Source: an uncultured bacterium (lineage in GTDB: Bacteria; Desulfobacterota_D; UBA1144; Nemesobacterales; UBA2774). From it: 64,000 nt of DNA. A program made the position numbers and the translations under genes. The stretch covers positions 2,560,001-2,624,000 of the forward strand of contig CAWGRW010000009.1 of assembly GCA_963825135.1 (NCBI GenBank), given 5' to 3'. Positions 1 to 9,836 of the stretch are shown piece after piece (within the stretch, counting starts at the first letter, position 1; each line of letters begins with the position of its first letter). The notes beneath the pieces were generated by a model. The model worked only from the letters and a program-made list of their open reading frames with translations. It made no database searches and was not told where the DNA came from.

Positions 1-449
1 TCCCTGGGGTCCTTGCCCTTGATGCGTTTGTAGATTTCGGGGAACATCGGGTTCCTGACCTTCGTCCCCGTGTTGTCGTCCAGGTTGATTTTGACGATCC
101 ACTGCTCCCCGCCCGCGATGCTGGTTATCACCTTCTCGTTAATCTTTAGCGGGGGGCCGCCCGGAACCCTGACCTCGGAAACCTCGACCCAGCAGAGCTT
201 CTTTCCCCAATCGCCCGAATATTCGGTCTTCTCGCCCGCGCTATTCCCCTCTATCCTGTATTTGACGGTGTAGCTCTCGAGCGGGTGGTACTTCTGCTCC
301 TGGGCGTGGGAACCAGGAGCAGCCGAAAGGAGAAAAATTAAGGTAGAGATGTGGAAAATATATTTAATGTCATAGTTTAGAAATACATGACAACTATCTG
401 TGTTTACTGTTAAATGAGGTAATAGATGTGATCTTCTTGTTGCTCTCAT
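1..449 (-). CDS. Hypothetical secreted protein, 5' part (runs off window start)
   Basis: Open frame read manually from ATG 449 (true start may be downstream): ...LIFLLSAAPGSHAQEQKYHPLESYTVKYRIEGNSAGEKTEYSGDWGKK...; signal-peptide-like stretch. Confidence 0.65.
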   Translation of the reverse strand, partial: MRATRRSHLLPHLTVNTDSCHVFLNYDIKYIFHISTLIFLLSAAPGSHAQEQKYHPLESYTVKYRIEGNSAGEKTEYSGDWGKKLCWVEVSEVRVPGGPPLKINEKVITSIAGGEQWIVKINLDDNTGTKVRNPMFPEIYKRIKGKDPR

Positions 450-459
450 TCCATTCTTT

Positions 460-633
460 GTTAAATCCCCCTTAATCTGGTTTCAAATACCCTGTCGCTT
501 CGATCAAGGGATTTCTTTGCTTTTAATCATCTCCGACCAATTCCTCCGATTTGTCGGAATTGTTCCCCTTTTCCAAAGGGGGAAAGTAATTTTTGATTCC
601 CTCCTTAGAAAAAGGAGGGGCAGGGAGGATTTT
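460..633. repeat. Composite palindromic intergenic repeat (REP/MITE-like)
   Basis: 531-585 is the exact reverse complement of 50822-50876; 591-633 is a CCCTCC..GGAGGG unit recurring at 33959, 45640, 51016 and 62922. Confidence 0.85.
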
Positions 634-655
634 TATTTATATTTTTCTAGGCTAT

Positions 656-1312
656 TCAAAATTTCCTTATTTCGAGTGTGTTTATTTTATCGGTAATGTC
701 GAGGAAGGCGTAGGAGCGCGTGCCGAGGGGGCCGGGATTGACGATTTTGGTCTCTCCAAGCGTATCGATTCCGGGGGCCTCGTGTATGTGTCCCGTGAAG
801 CATACGAGAGGCTTGTGACGTTCTATGAATTCCCTCACAGTCCTGCTGCCCACGTGGGACCCGTTCGTGAGCGTGTCGCTGAGCGTGCCGTATGGCGGCT
901 GGTGAGAGACAAGTATCCGGGGCGCCCCGTCCCCGGAACCGTCGAGCGAACCCTCGAATATCTCCGCGTATTCCTCCTCCGTGTAAACGTTCGGGGTCGG
1001 GCTCGGGCATGGGAGCGAGCCCCCCGCCCCGGTGATGGAAAGTCCCTTAATATCTACGGTCCTTCCGTGTATGTTAAGGCCCCTTGCGGAGAGGTATTCG
1101 TCCACCCCTTTCGTGTCGCAGTTCCCGGTTACGGCGAGTATGTTTCTATTATATTTCGCGACCGAGGATATAACATCTTCGGCGTCCCTGCCGTCCCCGA
1201 AATGGGTGAGGTCCCCGGAGATAATGACGAGGTCCACCGGGCAGAGCGCCGCGCCCAGGCCGTCTATCGGCGTCAGGTTCCCGTGTATGTCCACTATGTT
1301 GATAATCTTCAT
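656..1312 (-). CDS. Calcineurin-like metallophosphoesterase (Icc-related)
   Basis: DIHG, GDLT, GNCD, SHQPP and GHIHE motifs. Confidence 0.9.
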   Translation of the reverse strand: MKIINIVDIHGNLTPIDGLGAALCPVDLVIISGDLTHFGDGRDAEDVISSVAKYNRNILAVTGNCDTKGVDEYLSARGLNIHGRTVDIKGLSITGAGGSLPCPSPTPNVYTEEEYAEIFEGSLDGSGDGAPRILVSHQPPYGTLSDTLTNGSHVGSRTVREFIERHKPLVCFTGHIHEAPGIDTLGETKIVNPGPLGTRSYAFLDITDKINTLEIRKF

Positions 1313-1323
1313 TACTCGTGCAA

Positions 1324-1929
1324 TCAGTTACGGGTGATGACCCCTTCTTCGGTGATAGCTTCGCCTACAAGCTGTTCGTTGAACTGGGCGCCGTACTGCC
1401 TCAGCATCCAGAGCTCGGGGATTATCTCACCGACTATGCCTCCGTTGTCGAACACCCGCACCATCGAGCTCTCGGAGACGACCACGGCTACGGCGCTCGT
1501 TGTCTTCGTTATGGACGCAGCGGCCATGTGCCTGCTCCCGAGGCCGAGCGGCAGGTCGAGCCCTTCCGACGTGGCGTCTATGTATCGGCATGCGGAAAGC
1601 ACTACGCCGCTGTCGGTAATTATGAACGCGCCGTCTAACTGGGCGAGCTCCTTTAAGGTCTCGCGCATTCCGGGGTCGTCGATCCGCTTCGCGGTATCGG
1701 GATGGCCGTATAGCGGGTCGAGTATCATGGGGCGGGAGCGTTTGAGCGTGGAATCGGTGTCCGCTATTACGAACATGGTCCCTATCTTTCTGCCTTCCCT
1801 CCCCTCCCTGGCTATCTCCATTGCCAGGTTGAGCACGCTTTTCAAATTCTCGGGATCGACCTTGCGCTCCGGGCAGCATATGCCCGAAACGAGCCTTCTG
1901 TGAGCTTCTATCCTCTTCACGATGTCCAT
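1324..1929 (-). CDS. Stand-alone DAC (DisA_N) domain protein, probable diadenylate cyclase
   Basis: EGREGRKIGT, LAQLDGAF (DGA motif), GLGSRHMAAA (RHR-like motif), VVVSES. Confidence 0.85.
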   Translation of the reverse strand: MDIVKRIEAHRRLVSGICCPERKVDPENLKSVLNLAMEIAREGREGRKIGTMFVIADTDSTLKRSRPMILDPLYGHPDTAKRIDDPGMRETLKELAQLDGAFIITDSGVVLSACRYIDATSEGLDLPLGLGSRHMAAASITKTTSAVAVVVSESSMVRVFDNGGIVGEIIPELWMLRQYGAQFNEQLVGEAITEEGVITRN

Positions 1930-2059
1930 GTGTTTACGCCTCTCGTTCTATCTAGATTAATATAACCGATAATGGATTCACGCGCCCGTGCGCACGGACA
2001 ATGTCCGCCGATAATCGATACTTCCGTTACCCGCGCGCCAGGCTGACAAACATAGCCCG

Positions 2060-2217
2060 ACCCGTTCGTCCTGAGCCCACCTGTCCTCGGGCGCAGAACC
2101 TGCGCTCGTATACGGTCCCTTTGTTGCTCTTCGGCTTTAGTCAGATAAAGGAGCCAGGTTTATCCTGAACTGCACGCCTGTCCTGAGCTTGTCGATGGGG
2201 TCGAAGGATTGAACGGG
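2060..2217. repeat. Nested REP-like element
   Basis: cccgttcgtcctgagc...gtcgaaggattgaacggg outer arms (related to 33887-33912); the internal ggcgcagaacctgcgctcgtatacg also occurs at ~63080. Confidence 0.7.
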
Positions 2218-2349
2218 TCATATTCCCGTATGTCAGCGGCGACTCGCCGTTTTTGGTGTTATGTTTTAATGTGCGGATCCCGGCCGTGAACTCTGGCGTG
2301 TTCCGGCTTCGAGGAGCTGCTAATCAAGATACACCGGAGATAAAAACAT

Positions 2350-4044
2350 ATGAGCGCGGACAATCACGTTACCGTAGGGTCGTACGTTGCGTCGAGGCTT
2401 TCGGAGGCGGGAGTAAGACATTACTTCGCCGTACCGGGAGACTATAACCTCATACTACTCGACGAGTTTTTGAAGAACGGGGATTTGAGGATGATAAGCT
2501 GCTGCAACGAGCTCAACGCCGGGTACGCCGCAGACGGGTACGCGAGGGCAAACGGAGTCGCGGCGCAGGTGGTCACTTTCTCGGTGGGAGGCCTGAGCGC
2601 CCTGAACGCGATCGCGGGGGCTTACGCCGAGGACCTGTCCGTGCTCATCATATCGGGCGGCCCGAACACGAATTCCGAAATGGAGAACCAGATATTACAC
2701 CACACCTGCGGCGAGGTGCACTACGGGTATCAGAGGGACATATTCTCCCATACCACGGCCATGTCGGTTATAGTGAGGCACCTGGGGGACGCGCCTTATC
2801 TGATAGACAAGGCGATAGAGGAGTGCGTCTTCAGGAAAAAGCCCGTGTACCTCGAGATTCCCTGCAACCTGGCCGGGCTCATGGTCCCCCCTCCCAACAG
2901 AAAGTATTTCGCCAAAGACCCCGTTAGCCATCCGGAGGCGCTCGAGGAGGCCGTAGAGAGGACCGCAGGGCTGCTTGGCTCGGCCGCGAAGACCGTGCTC
3001 GTGGCCGGGGCGAAGCTCCGCGCTTTCGGTGCGGCTGACGCTTTCAGAAAGCTCGTGGACGCGTCTCGCTGCGCGGTCGCCTCGATGCCCGAGGCAAAGG
3101 GAATAGTCCCCGAGGGACACCCCTGCTATATCGGCACGTACTGGGGACCCGTGAGCAGCCCGGGTACGGCGGAGATAGTGGAATCCGCGAACATGTACCT
3201 CTTCGCGGGGCCCGTGTTTACCGACTATACGACGTGCGGGTTCTCGGCGCTGATTAAACCGGAGAAGCTCATACACGCGGGGCCCGATTTCGTAAAGCTC
3301 CCCGGCGTCACGTACAACGATATAGCGCTTTCGGATTTCCTCGAGGCGCTCGCAAAGAAGATAAAGCCCAACGACGCCTCCCTCGCTGCCTATAAACGCA
3401 TACGTGTCGAGCTCGCGCCCGAGCCGCCCCTGAAGAAGGAAGCCCCTATAACGACGAGGAGGCTATTCTCCCGCGTTCAGGAGGTCCTCACACCCGGCAG
3501 CGCGGTTATAGCCGAGACGGGGGACTCCTGGTTTAACGCCATAAAGCTCAGGCTCCCCGAGGGGTGCGGCTTCGAGATACAGATGCAGTACGGCTCTATC
3601 GGATGGTCTCTGGGAGCGACCCTCGGCTATGCCCTTGGGAGCCCGGACAAAAAGCGCGTCCTCACGTTCGTCGGCGACGGCTCGTTCCAGCTCACGGCCC
3701 AGGAGCTATCGACGATGATACGCTACGGGCTCAACCCCATAATATTTCTCATCAACAACGGCGGCTACACGATAGAGGTCGAGATACACGACGGCCCCTA
3801 CAACAATATCAAGAACTGGGACTATGCGGGGCTGGTTGACGTATTCAACGCCGGGGAAGGGAACGGGTTCGGCGTGAGGGTCAGGACAGAGGGTGAGCTC
3901 GATGAGGCGGTAAAGAAGGCCCTCTCCCACGACGGGCTCTCTCTCATAGAGGTAATCATAGACAGGGACGACTGCAGTAAGGAATTGCTCGAATGGGGGA
4001 GCAGGGTCTCCGCGAACAACGGACGCCCCCCGATGTGCGGGTGA
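2350..4044 (+). CDS. pdc: Pyruvate decarboxylase / TPP-dependent 2-oxo-acid decarboxylase
   Basis: [44 protein letters not shown] motif, [21 protein letters not shown]. Confidence 0.85.
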   Translation: MSADNHVTVGSYVASRLSEAGVRHYFAVPGDYNLILLDEFLKNGDLRMISCCNELNAGYAADGYARANGVAAQVVTFSVGGLSALNAIAGAYAEDLSVLIISGGPNTNSEMENQILHHTCGEVHYGYQRDIFSHTTAMSVIVRHLGDAPYLIDKAIEECVFRKKPVYLEIPCNLAGLMVPPPNRKYFAKDPVSHPEALEEAVERTAGLLGSAAKTVLVAGAKLRAFGAADAFRKLVDASRCAVASMPEAKGIVPEGHPCYIGTYWGPVSSPGTAEIVESANMYLFAGPVFTDYTTCGFSALIKPEKLIHAGPDFVKLPGVTYNDIALSDFLEALAKKIKPNDASLAAYKRIRVELAPEPPLKKEAPITTRRLFSRVQEVLTPGSAVIAETGDSWFNAIKLRLPEGCGFEIQMQYGSIGWSLGATLGYALGSPDKKRVLTFVGDGSFQLTAQELSTMIRYGLNPIIFLINNGGYTIEVEIHDGPYNNIKNWDYAGLVDVFNAGEGNGFGVRVRTEGELDEAVKKALSHDGLSLIEVIIDRDDCSKELLEWGSRVSANNGRPPMCG

Positions 4045-4115
4045 TGTTCTTGTTTTTCTTCGCGCCGGTATGGCGCTTCTATTGATATTAGATATATTAC
4101 GAATAGAGAACATCT

Positions 4116-4850
4116 ATGTCTGAAAAGGTTGCTCTTATAACGGGCGGGGCGAAGGGGATAGGGAGGGAGATCGCCCTTGCCCTTGCGGATAGAGGATGGT
4201 CCGTCGCCGTCTGTTACAGGAAGAGCAAAAAAGAAGCAACCGAAACAGTGAAGGACATAGAGTCCCGCGGGGCAAGGGGCATGCATTATAAAACGGACGT
4301 GTCTAACCCGGCGTCCGCCGTTGACCTCGTGAGGAAGGTCGAGGCCGAGTTCGGGAGGATAGACGCGCTCATCAACTGCGCCGGCCCCTATCACCGTATT
4401 AACTTGCTGAAGGAATCCGTCGAGGGCTGGCACGAGATGTTCGACAACAACCTCCACCCGGTGTTCTACCTCTCCCGCACCGTCGCGGAAGGTATGAAGA
4501 CCCGCGGCTGGGGGCGCATAATCAACTTCGGCATGGCGAACGCCGATAAGCTGAGCGCCCAGACCGAGATAACGGCGCATTACATTGCAAAGGCGGGGGT
4601 GCTGATACTCACCCGATCCCTCGCACGTCTCCTCGCGCCCCACGGCATTACCGTGAACTCCATATCCCCGGGGTTCATCGAGTCGGGCAGCGCCACCATG
4701 GAAGAGCTTCAAAATATGGTAAAGACGATCCCCGCCGGATACATAGGGAGCACAAAGGACGCGGTCGATGCCGCGTTGTTCCTCCTGTCCGACGAGGCCC
4801 GTTACGTGAACGGCGCGAACATACACCTGAGCGGCGGGTGGGGGCTCTGA
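4116..4850 (+). CDS. SDR family oxidoreductase
   Basis: TGGAKGIG, NCAG, VNSISPG; catalytic segment reads HYIAK. Confidence 0.85.
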   Translation: MSEKVALITGGAKGIGREIALALADRGWSVAVCYRKSKKEATETVKDIESRGARGMHYKTDVSNPASAVDLVRKVEAEFGRIDALINCAGPYHRINLLKESVEGWHEMFDNNLHPVFYLSRTVAEGMKTRGWGRIINFGMANADKLSAQTEITAHYIAKAGVLILTRSLARLLAPHGITVNSISPGFIESGSATMEELQNMVKTIPAGYIGSTKDAVDAALFLLSDEARYVNGANIHLSGGWGL

Positions 4851-4925
4851 GCCGCGTTCCGTCATTTTAACGCACTCCGCGCAGGCTGGATTTACGCGCG
4901 GCGTTAGTTATAATCAATTCACCCC

Positions 4926-5948
4926 ATGGATACCGGATTACTTAAGAAACTCTGCGAAGCTCCCGGGCTGCCGGGACACGAAGGACCAGTCAAGGAAATC
5001 ATAAAAGAGCTGTTCTCCGAATTCACGGACGAGATCAAAGAGGACGCGCTGGGCAACATCATAGCCCACGTGCCCGGCAAGGGGCCGAGGCTCGTCATCG
5101 ACGCCCATACGGACGAAGTCGGGTTCATGGTGAGCCATATAGACGGCAAGGGGTTCCTCCATGTGATCCCGTTAGGCGGCATGGACCCCAGGGTCTTTTA
5201 CGCGCAGAGGATAACCGTGTGGGGACGGAGGGCCGTCACCGGCACTGTAGCCGCGATACCCCCTCACGTAAGCAGGAACGCGAACAACAAGGAAGCGCCC
5301 GAGGTCGAGGACTGCGTCGTCGATCTGGGCCTATCAGCAGAGAAGGTGAAGGATATCGTCAGGGTCGGGGACGTGGCCTCGTTCTGCTACCCCTTCGAGG
5401 AGACTGAAGACGCGTTTATATCCAAGGCGATAGACGACAGGGTTGGCTTATTTGTAATGGTAGAAGCCCTCAGAAGAAAGCCAAGGCAGTCCTGCGACCT
5501 CTATCTCACCGCTTCGTGTCAGGAGGAGGTGGGACTCAGGGGCGCGCACGTGATAGTGCCCGCAATCGAGCCCGATTTCGCGATCGCCATAGAAGGGACG
5601 GTCGCCATGGACGTGCCGGGGATACCGGATTACAAGACCCTCGCCAACACCGGGAAGGGGCCCGAGGTCAGGCTCTCGGACAGGTTCCTCGTAGCCCACA
5701 GGCCCTTCAGCGACTTTATCATGAAAACGGCCGAGGAGGCGAAGATCCCTTACCAGATCACGGTGAAGAAGGCCGGGTCCACTAACGCCACGGCGATGCA
5801 GGTCACGGGAAAGGGCACCCGCGCCGCGTCCGTATCCGTGCCCGTAAGATACCTCCACAGCCCGAGCTGCCTCGCGTTTAAATCCGACATCGGGCACACT
5901 ATCGACCTCATCCGCGCGGTCATCGAAAATATCGGGCATTTTGGGTAG
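4926..5948 (+). CDS. M42 family aminopeptidase
   Basis: DAHTDEVG, KAIDDR, QEEVGLRGA, RYLHS. Confidence 0.9.
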   Translation: MDTGLLKKLCEAPGLPGHEGPVKEIIKELFSEFTDEIKEDALGNIIAHVPGKGPRLVIDAHTDEVGFMVSHIDGKGFLHVIPLGGMDPRVFYAQRITVWGRRAVTGTVAAIPPHVSRNANNKEAPEVEDCVVDLGLSAEKVKDIVRVGDVASFCYPFEETEDAFISKAIDDRVGLFVMVEALRRKPRQSCDLYLTASCQEEVGLRGAHVIVPAIEPDFAIAIEGTVAMDVPGIPDYKTLANTGKGPEVRLSDRFLVAHRPFSDFIMKTAEEAKIPYQITVKKAGSTNATAMQVTGKGTRAASVSVPVRYLHSPSCLAFKSDIGHTIDLIRAVIENIGHFG

Positions 5949-5977
5949 TCCCCCTCTCTCTGATACACTTATTCCGA

Positions 5978-6829
5978 ATGATGCCGAATAAGACCGTTTT
6001 CGTGACGGCCCTGATCCTTCTCTGCCTCGCTCTGCTGTTCCCCGCCCGGGACGGTATGTGCGGAGACTCGTCCTTAAACGCGTCCGCCGATACCTCCGCG
6101 GGCGAAGGCGTGACGGACCCGCTCGCGCGGGCCAGAGAGGCGTTCGGCTCCTATAACGCGGACCCGGACAACATAGACAAGGCCATCGCCCTCACCGAGG
6201 AGGATTTGAAGCGGGACCCCTCGAACGTCCCGGCGCTCCTGCTCCTCTCGAGGGAATGGCTTACGTACGGATACGTGAAGGCGCGGACCAGGGAAGACTT
6301 TATAAGGGTATTCGAGAACGGCAAGAACGCCGCCGGAAAGGCCATAGAAATCGACCCCCGAAACGCGGACGCCCATTTCTTCTACGTCGCCAACCTCGCG
6401 TCGCTTGGGGACGCGAAGGGGCTCTTCAATTCCCTCTTCATGCTCCCTGAGGTCAGGAGGGAGCTCGAAACGGTGCTCGATCTCGATCCTAATCACGCGA
6501 ACGGGCTCGCCATGACGGGCGCGCTCTATCTGTACCTCCCGTCCATACTCGGAGGGGACCTCCACATCTCGGAGGTATATCTGAAGAGGTCCGTATCGAT
6601 CGACCCGCACGTATCCTCGGCCGGGCTATATCTGGCGGCCAACCTCAAGAGGCAAAAGAAATACGACGAGGCTCTAGAGGTCCTCTACGGCATACTCGAC
6701 GACAGGAACCCGTCCTTCTATCCCGACTGGGTCGAGAACAGGAAGTACGCTTATATGATGATCAGGGGGATAAGGCGGGAAATGGGCGGGGAGACCGCCA
6801 GAAAGGATGAGGGCAGCACGCTCAATTGA
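5978..6829 (+). CDS. Secreted TPR / TatT-like helical repeat protein
   Basis: Signal peptide; TPR-like units (AIEIDPRNADAHF, VLDLDPNHANG, SIDPH). Confidence 0.7.
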   Translation: MMPNKTVFVTALILLCLALLFPARDGMCGDSSLNASADTSAGEGVTDPLARAREAFGSYNADPDNIDKAIALTEEDLKRDPSNVPALLLLSREWLTYGYVKARTREDFIRVFENGKNAAGKAIEIDPRNADAHFFYVANLASLGDAKGLFNSLFMLPEVRRELETVLDLDPNHANGLAMTGALYLYLPSILGGDLHISEVYLKRSVSIDPHVSSAGLYLAANLKRQKKYDEALEVLYGILDDRNPSFYPDWVENRKYAYMMIRGIRREMGGETARKDEGSTLN

Positions 6830-6864
6830 AATTGCGATACACATAAATTGGGTTTGAGGGACGC

Positions 6865-7224
6865 ATGTACATAGAAGAGTTGATAACACTATTCGAAACG
6901 GCGGCAGCGGAGGGCTTCCCCGCGCTTAAATCCGAACGCGTGAGGGAGGCGCTCAGGCGAGGGATCGAGTCGAGGAAATACGACCTCCAGGACGGGGCGC
7001 TGATCGAGGCGATTCTCAAGCAGGACAGCCGGGACCTCGTAGAGTCCTTTACGCAGGCGTTCGAATCTGTGTTAAGCGGTTTTGACGGGGAAGATGCGAG
7101 GAATGAATTTCTCGACGGGGACGGCGCCGGGAAAGAAGCGATACGTATATATATCGCCTCCCTTGAGCATCTGATTAATTACTACCATACGAGCCTTATA
7201 GGCAAGCACTTCTCGAGCACATAG
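6865..7224 (+). CDS. Hypothetical protein
   Basis: 119-aa ORF with upstream GAGG and host-like codon usage. Confidence 0.65.
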   Translation: MYIEELITLFETAAAEGFPALKSERVREALRRGIESRKYDLQDGALIEAILKQDSRDLVESFTQAFESVLSGFDGEDARNEFLDGDGAGKEAIRIYIASLEHLINYYHTSLIGKHFSST

Positions 7225-7331
7225 CCGGCGGGGGGGGAGCCAAAGCCCATTGCCCTCAATCGCTGCCCGCCTCTTCGCCGCGGCCGGAAGCCGCTGCCGA
7301 GGTACATACCGGCAGTTATGCCTGCGCCTGA

Positions 7332-8636
7332 TTAAGCCTTCTTCTTTTTGCCCCTTTCGGACATCGGAACGTACTTGCGGTCCATCTCTCCCAGGTAAAC
7401 CTGCCTCGGGCGGGCGATCCTTCTCTCCGGGTCCTCAAGGAGCTCTATCCACTGGGCGAGCCATCCGGGGTTACGCCCTATGGCGAAGAGCACCGTGAAC
7501 ATATCGGTGGGTATGCCCATGCTCTGGTATATGAGGCCCGAGTAAAAGTCCACGTTCGGGTAGAGCTTGCGCTTTACGAAGTAGTCGTCCTCGAGCGCTA
7601 TCTTCTCGAGCTCGAGCGCTATGTCGAGGAGCGGGTTCTTCCCCGAGACATCGAAGACGTCGTACGCGATTTTCTTTATTATCTTGGCCCTCGGGTCGTA
7701 AGACTTGTAGACCCTGTGGCCGAAGCCCATGAGCCTGAATTCGCCGGTCTTGGCCTTCTTGATGTATTCGGGGATGTTCTTGACGGAGCCTATCTCCCTG
7801 AGCATCTGGAGCACGCCCTCGTTGGCTCCTCCGTGGAGCGGGCCGTAGAGAGCCGCTATCGCCGCGGCCGTCGCGGAATACGGGTCGGGGAGAGAGCTTC
7901 CGACGTTACGCATCGCGCTCGCGCTGCAGTTCTGCTCGTGGTCCGCGTGGAGTATGAACAGCACGTCTATGGCCTTTTCTATCGCGGGGTTCGGCTTGTA
8001 TTTGAGCTCGGTCATTTTAAATAACATGTTGAGGAAATTCCCGGCGTAGGAGAGGTCGTTATCGGGATACACGTAGGGCATGCCCATCGAATGGCGGTAC
8101 GCGAAGGCCGCCATGGTCGGCATCTTTGCGATCAGCCTGTGCACCTGTATATCGCGTATTTCCTTGTTGAATATGTCTTTCGCCTCCGGGTAGAAGGTCG
8201 AAAGGGCCCCGACGGTTCCCAAAAGCATCCCCATGGGGTGCGCGTCGTAGCGGAACCCGTCCATGAATCTCTTTATATTCTCATGCACAATCGTATGGTG
8301 AATGATGTTGTGCACCCACTGGTCGTACTCGGCCTTCGTGGGCAGCTCGCCGTGCAGCAGAAGGTACGCGACCTCGAGGAAGTTGCTCTTCTCCGCGAGC
8401 TCCTCTATGGGGTATCCCCTGTACTGGAGTATGCCGTTGTCCCCGTCGATGTAGGTTATCTTGCTTATACAGGCGGCCGTGTTCCCGAAAGCGGGGTCAT
8501 AGCTCATCATTCCGAAATCGTCGTCCTTGACCTTTATCTGCTTTAAGTCGTTGGCCCTGATGGTGTCGTTCTCTATGGGTATCTCGTAACTCTTCCCCGT
8601 CCTGTTGTCTGTGATCGATAATGTGTCCTTCGCCAC
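7332..8636 (-). CDS. gltA: Citrate synthase
   Basis: LHADHEQN, GPLHGGAN, MGFGHRVYK, PNVDFYSG, ARPRQ; GGAGG RBS before GTG. Confidence 0.97.
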   Translation of the reverse strand: MAKDTLSITDNRTGKSYEIPIENDTIRANDLKQIKVKDDDFGMMSYDPAFGNTAACISKITYIDGDNGILQYRGYPIEELAEKSNFLEVAYLLLHGELPTKAEYDQWVHNIIHHTIVHENIKRFMDGFRYDAHPMGMLLGTVGALSTFYPEAKDIFNKEIRDIQVHRLIAKMPTMAAFAYRHSMGMPYVYPDNDLSYAGNFLNMLFKMTELKYKPNPAIEKAIDVLFILHADHEQNCSASAMRNVGSSLPDPYSATAAAIAALYGPLHGGANEGVLQMLREIGSVKNIPEYIKKAKTGEFRLMGFGHRVYKSYDPRAKIIKKIAYDVFDVSGKNPLLDIALELEKIALEDDYFVKRKLYPNVDFYSGLIYQSMGIPTDMFTVLFAIGRNPGWLAQWIELLEDPERRIARPRQVYLGEMDRKYVPMSERGKKKKA

Positions 8637-8869
8637 GGTGATTCCTCCTTCTACTGTATTTCCTGCGAGGTTTTTTGTTTTTTTGTAATAGCCGATTTAA
8701 TTTTTAAGGATTTGTGTCCGAAATACGAGTGTTCGCGGACAACTAAACTTACCCTAACTCCTGAAATTTTCAATATTCATAAAAAATTTCGGCAAATGGA
8801 ATCATCACGCACCGGTCCGGGCGTCCGGGACCCCCGGCGCGGCCTTCGCCCCGCAGGCGGGAGCGCCGC

Positions 8870-9775
8870 CTACGACAGCTTGATCGGGACCGGCGAAATG
8901 CACCCTATAAATATCAAAAGGGCAATGAATCCGAGTATTTTCCTGCTGTAGTCGAGCTCCCCCTCGTCGTGAATCGTAGGGGGGTGCTTGGTCCCCATGA
9001 GCGTAAGCAGCACGGCCCACAAGACCCACCCGGGCCAGCCCTCGAATTGCGGGATGCGGTTAAGGAATTCGGGCAGGACGCCGCCCGCGAGTTTTTGATA
9101 CTGCGTTAAGAGGGATTCGGTCCCTATGCCGAATATTACGAGCAGGGCTATCATGACTATGGACGTTATCCTGTGTGTCTTCTTCGAGAAAAGCGAATAT
9201 ACGATGTGCCCGCCGTCGAGCTGCCCCGACGGGATGAGGTTCAGGGCGGTCACGAAAAGCCCCACCCATCCTGCGAACGCGACCGGGTGGAGAAAGATGT
9301 CTTTCCCTTCGGGAATCTTCCCTATGATTATCCCCGAGAAGAAGGTGAATATGAGGGGCGAGCCCAGCGTGAGCCCCTGCCCTCCCGCCTTGTCCGCTAC
9401 GTCCACTATCGTCGAGAGCTTGAGGCCTATTATCAATACCGGGATGCTGGCTATGATACCCGCGAGCGGCCCCGCGATCCCTATATCGAACAGCGCTTTT
9501 TTGGTCGATATGGGAGACTTGATTTTGATGAACGCGCCGAAGGTCCCTATGGGTGATATGATGGGAGGCGCCGGGATGAAGTACGGGGGGGTGATGTCGA
9601 CCCCGTATTTCCTTCCGTAGAGATAGTGTCCCATCTCGTGAGAGCCGAGTATGAAGAGCAGCGCGCCCGAGAAGGCGAGAGCGCTCAGAATCGTCCCTCC
9701 GGACAATATCCCCGTGGAGAAAGTGGTGATGACCGTGAGCACAAAAAGGATGATGTGTATTTTTCCGACTTTCAT
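8870..9775 (-). CDS. Site-2 protease (M50) membrane metalloprotease
   Basis: HEMGH, IAGP, NLIPSGQLDGGH, multiple TM segments. Confidence 0.92.
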   Translation of the reverse strand: MKVGKIHIILFVLTVITTFSTGILSGGTILSALAFSGALLFILGSHEMGHYLYGRKYGVDITPPYFIPAPPIISPIGTFGAFIKIKSPISTKKALFDIGIAGPLAGIIASIPVLIIGLKLSTIVDVADKAGGQGLTLGSPLIFTFFSGIIIGKIPEGKDIFLHPVAFAGWVGLFVTALNLIPSGQLDGGHIVYSLFSKKTHRITSIVMIALLVIFGIGTESLLTQYQKLAGGVLPEFLNRIPQFEGWPGWVLWAVLLTLMGTKHPPTIHDEGELDYSRKILGFIALLIFIGCISPVPIKLS

Positions 9776-9836
9776 TCGCAGGGAGAAAAAATACCTCAGT
9801 AATAGGAAATTGAAAGCGGTTATCTCAAGAGCCGGT

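Noticed and set aside
593..1903. 436-aa plus-strand ORF
   Set aside because: Antisense shadow of the phosphoesterase and DAC genes; starts inside a repeat and has no motifs
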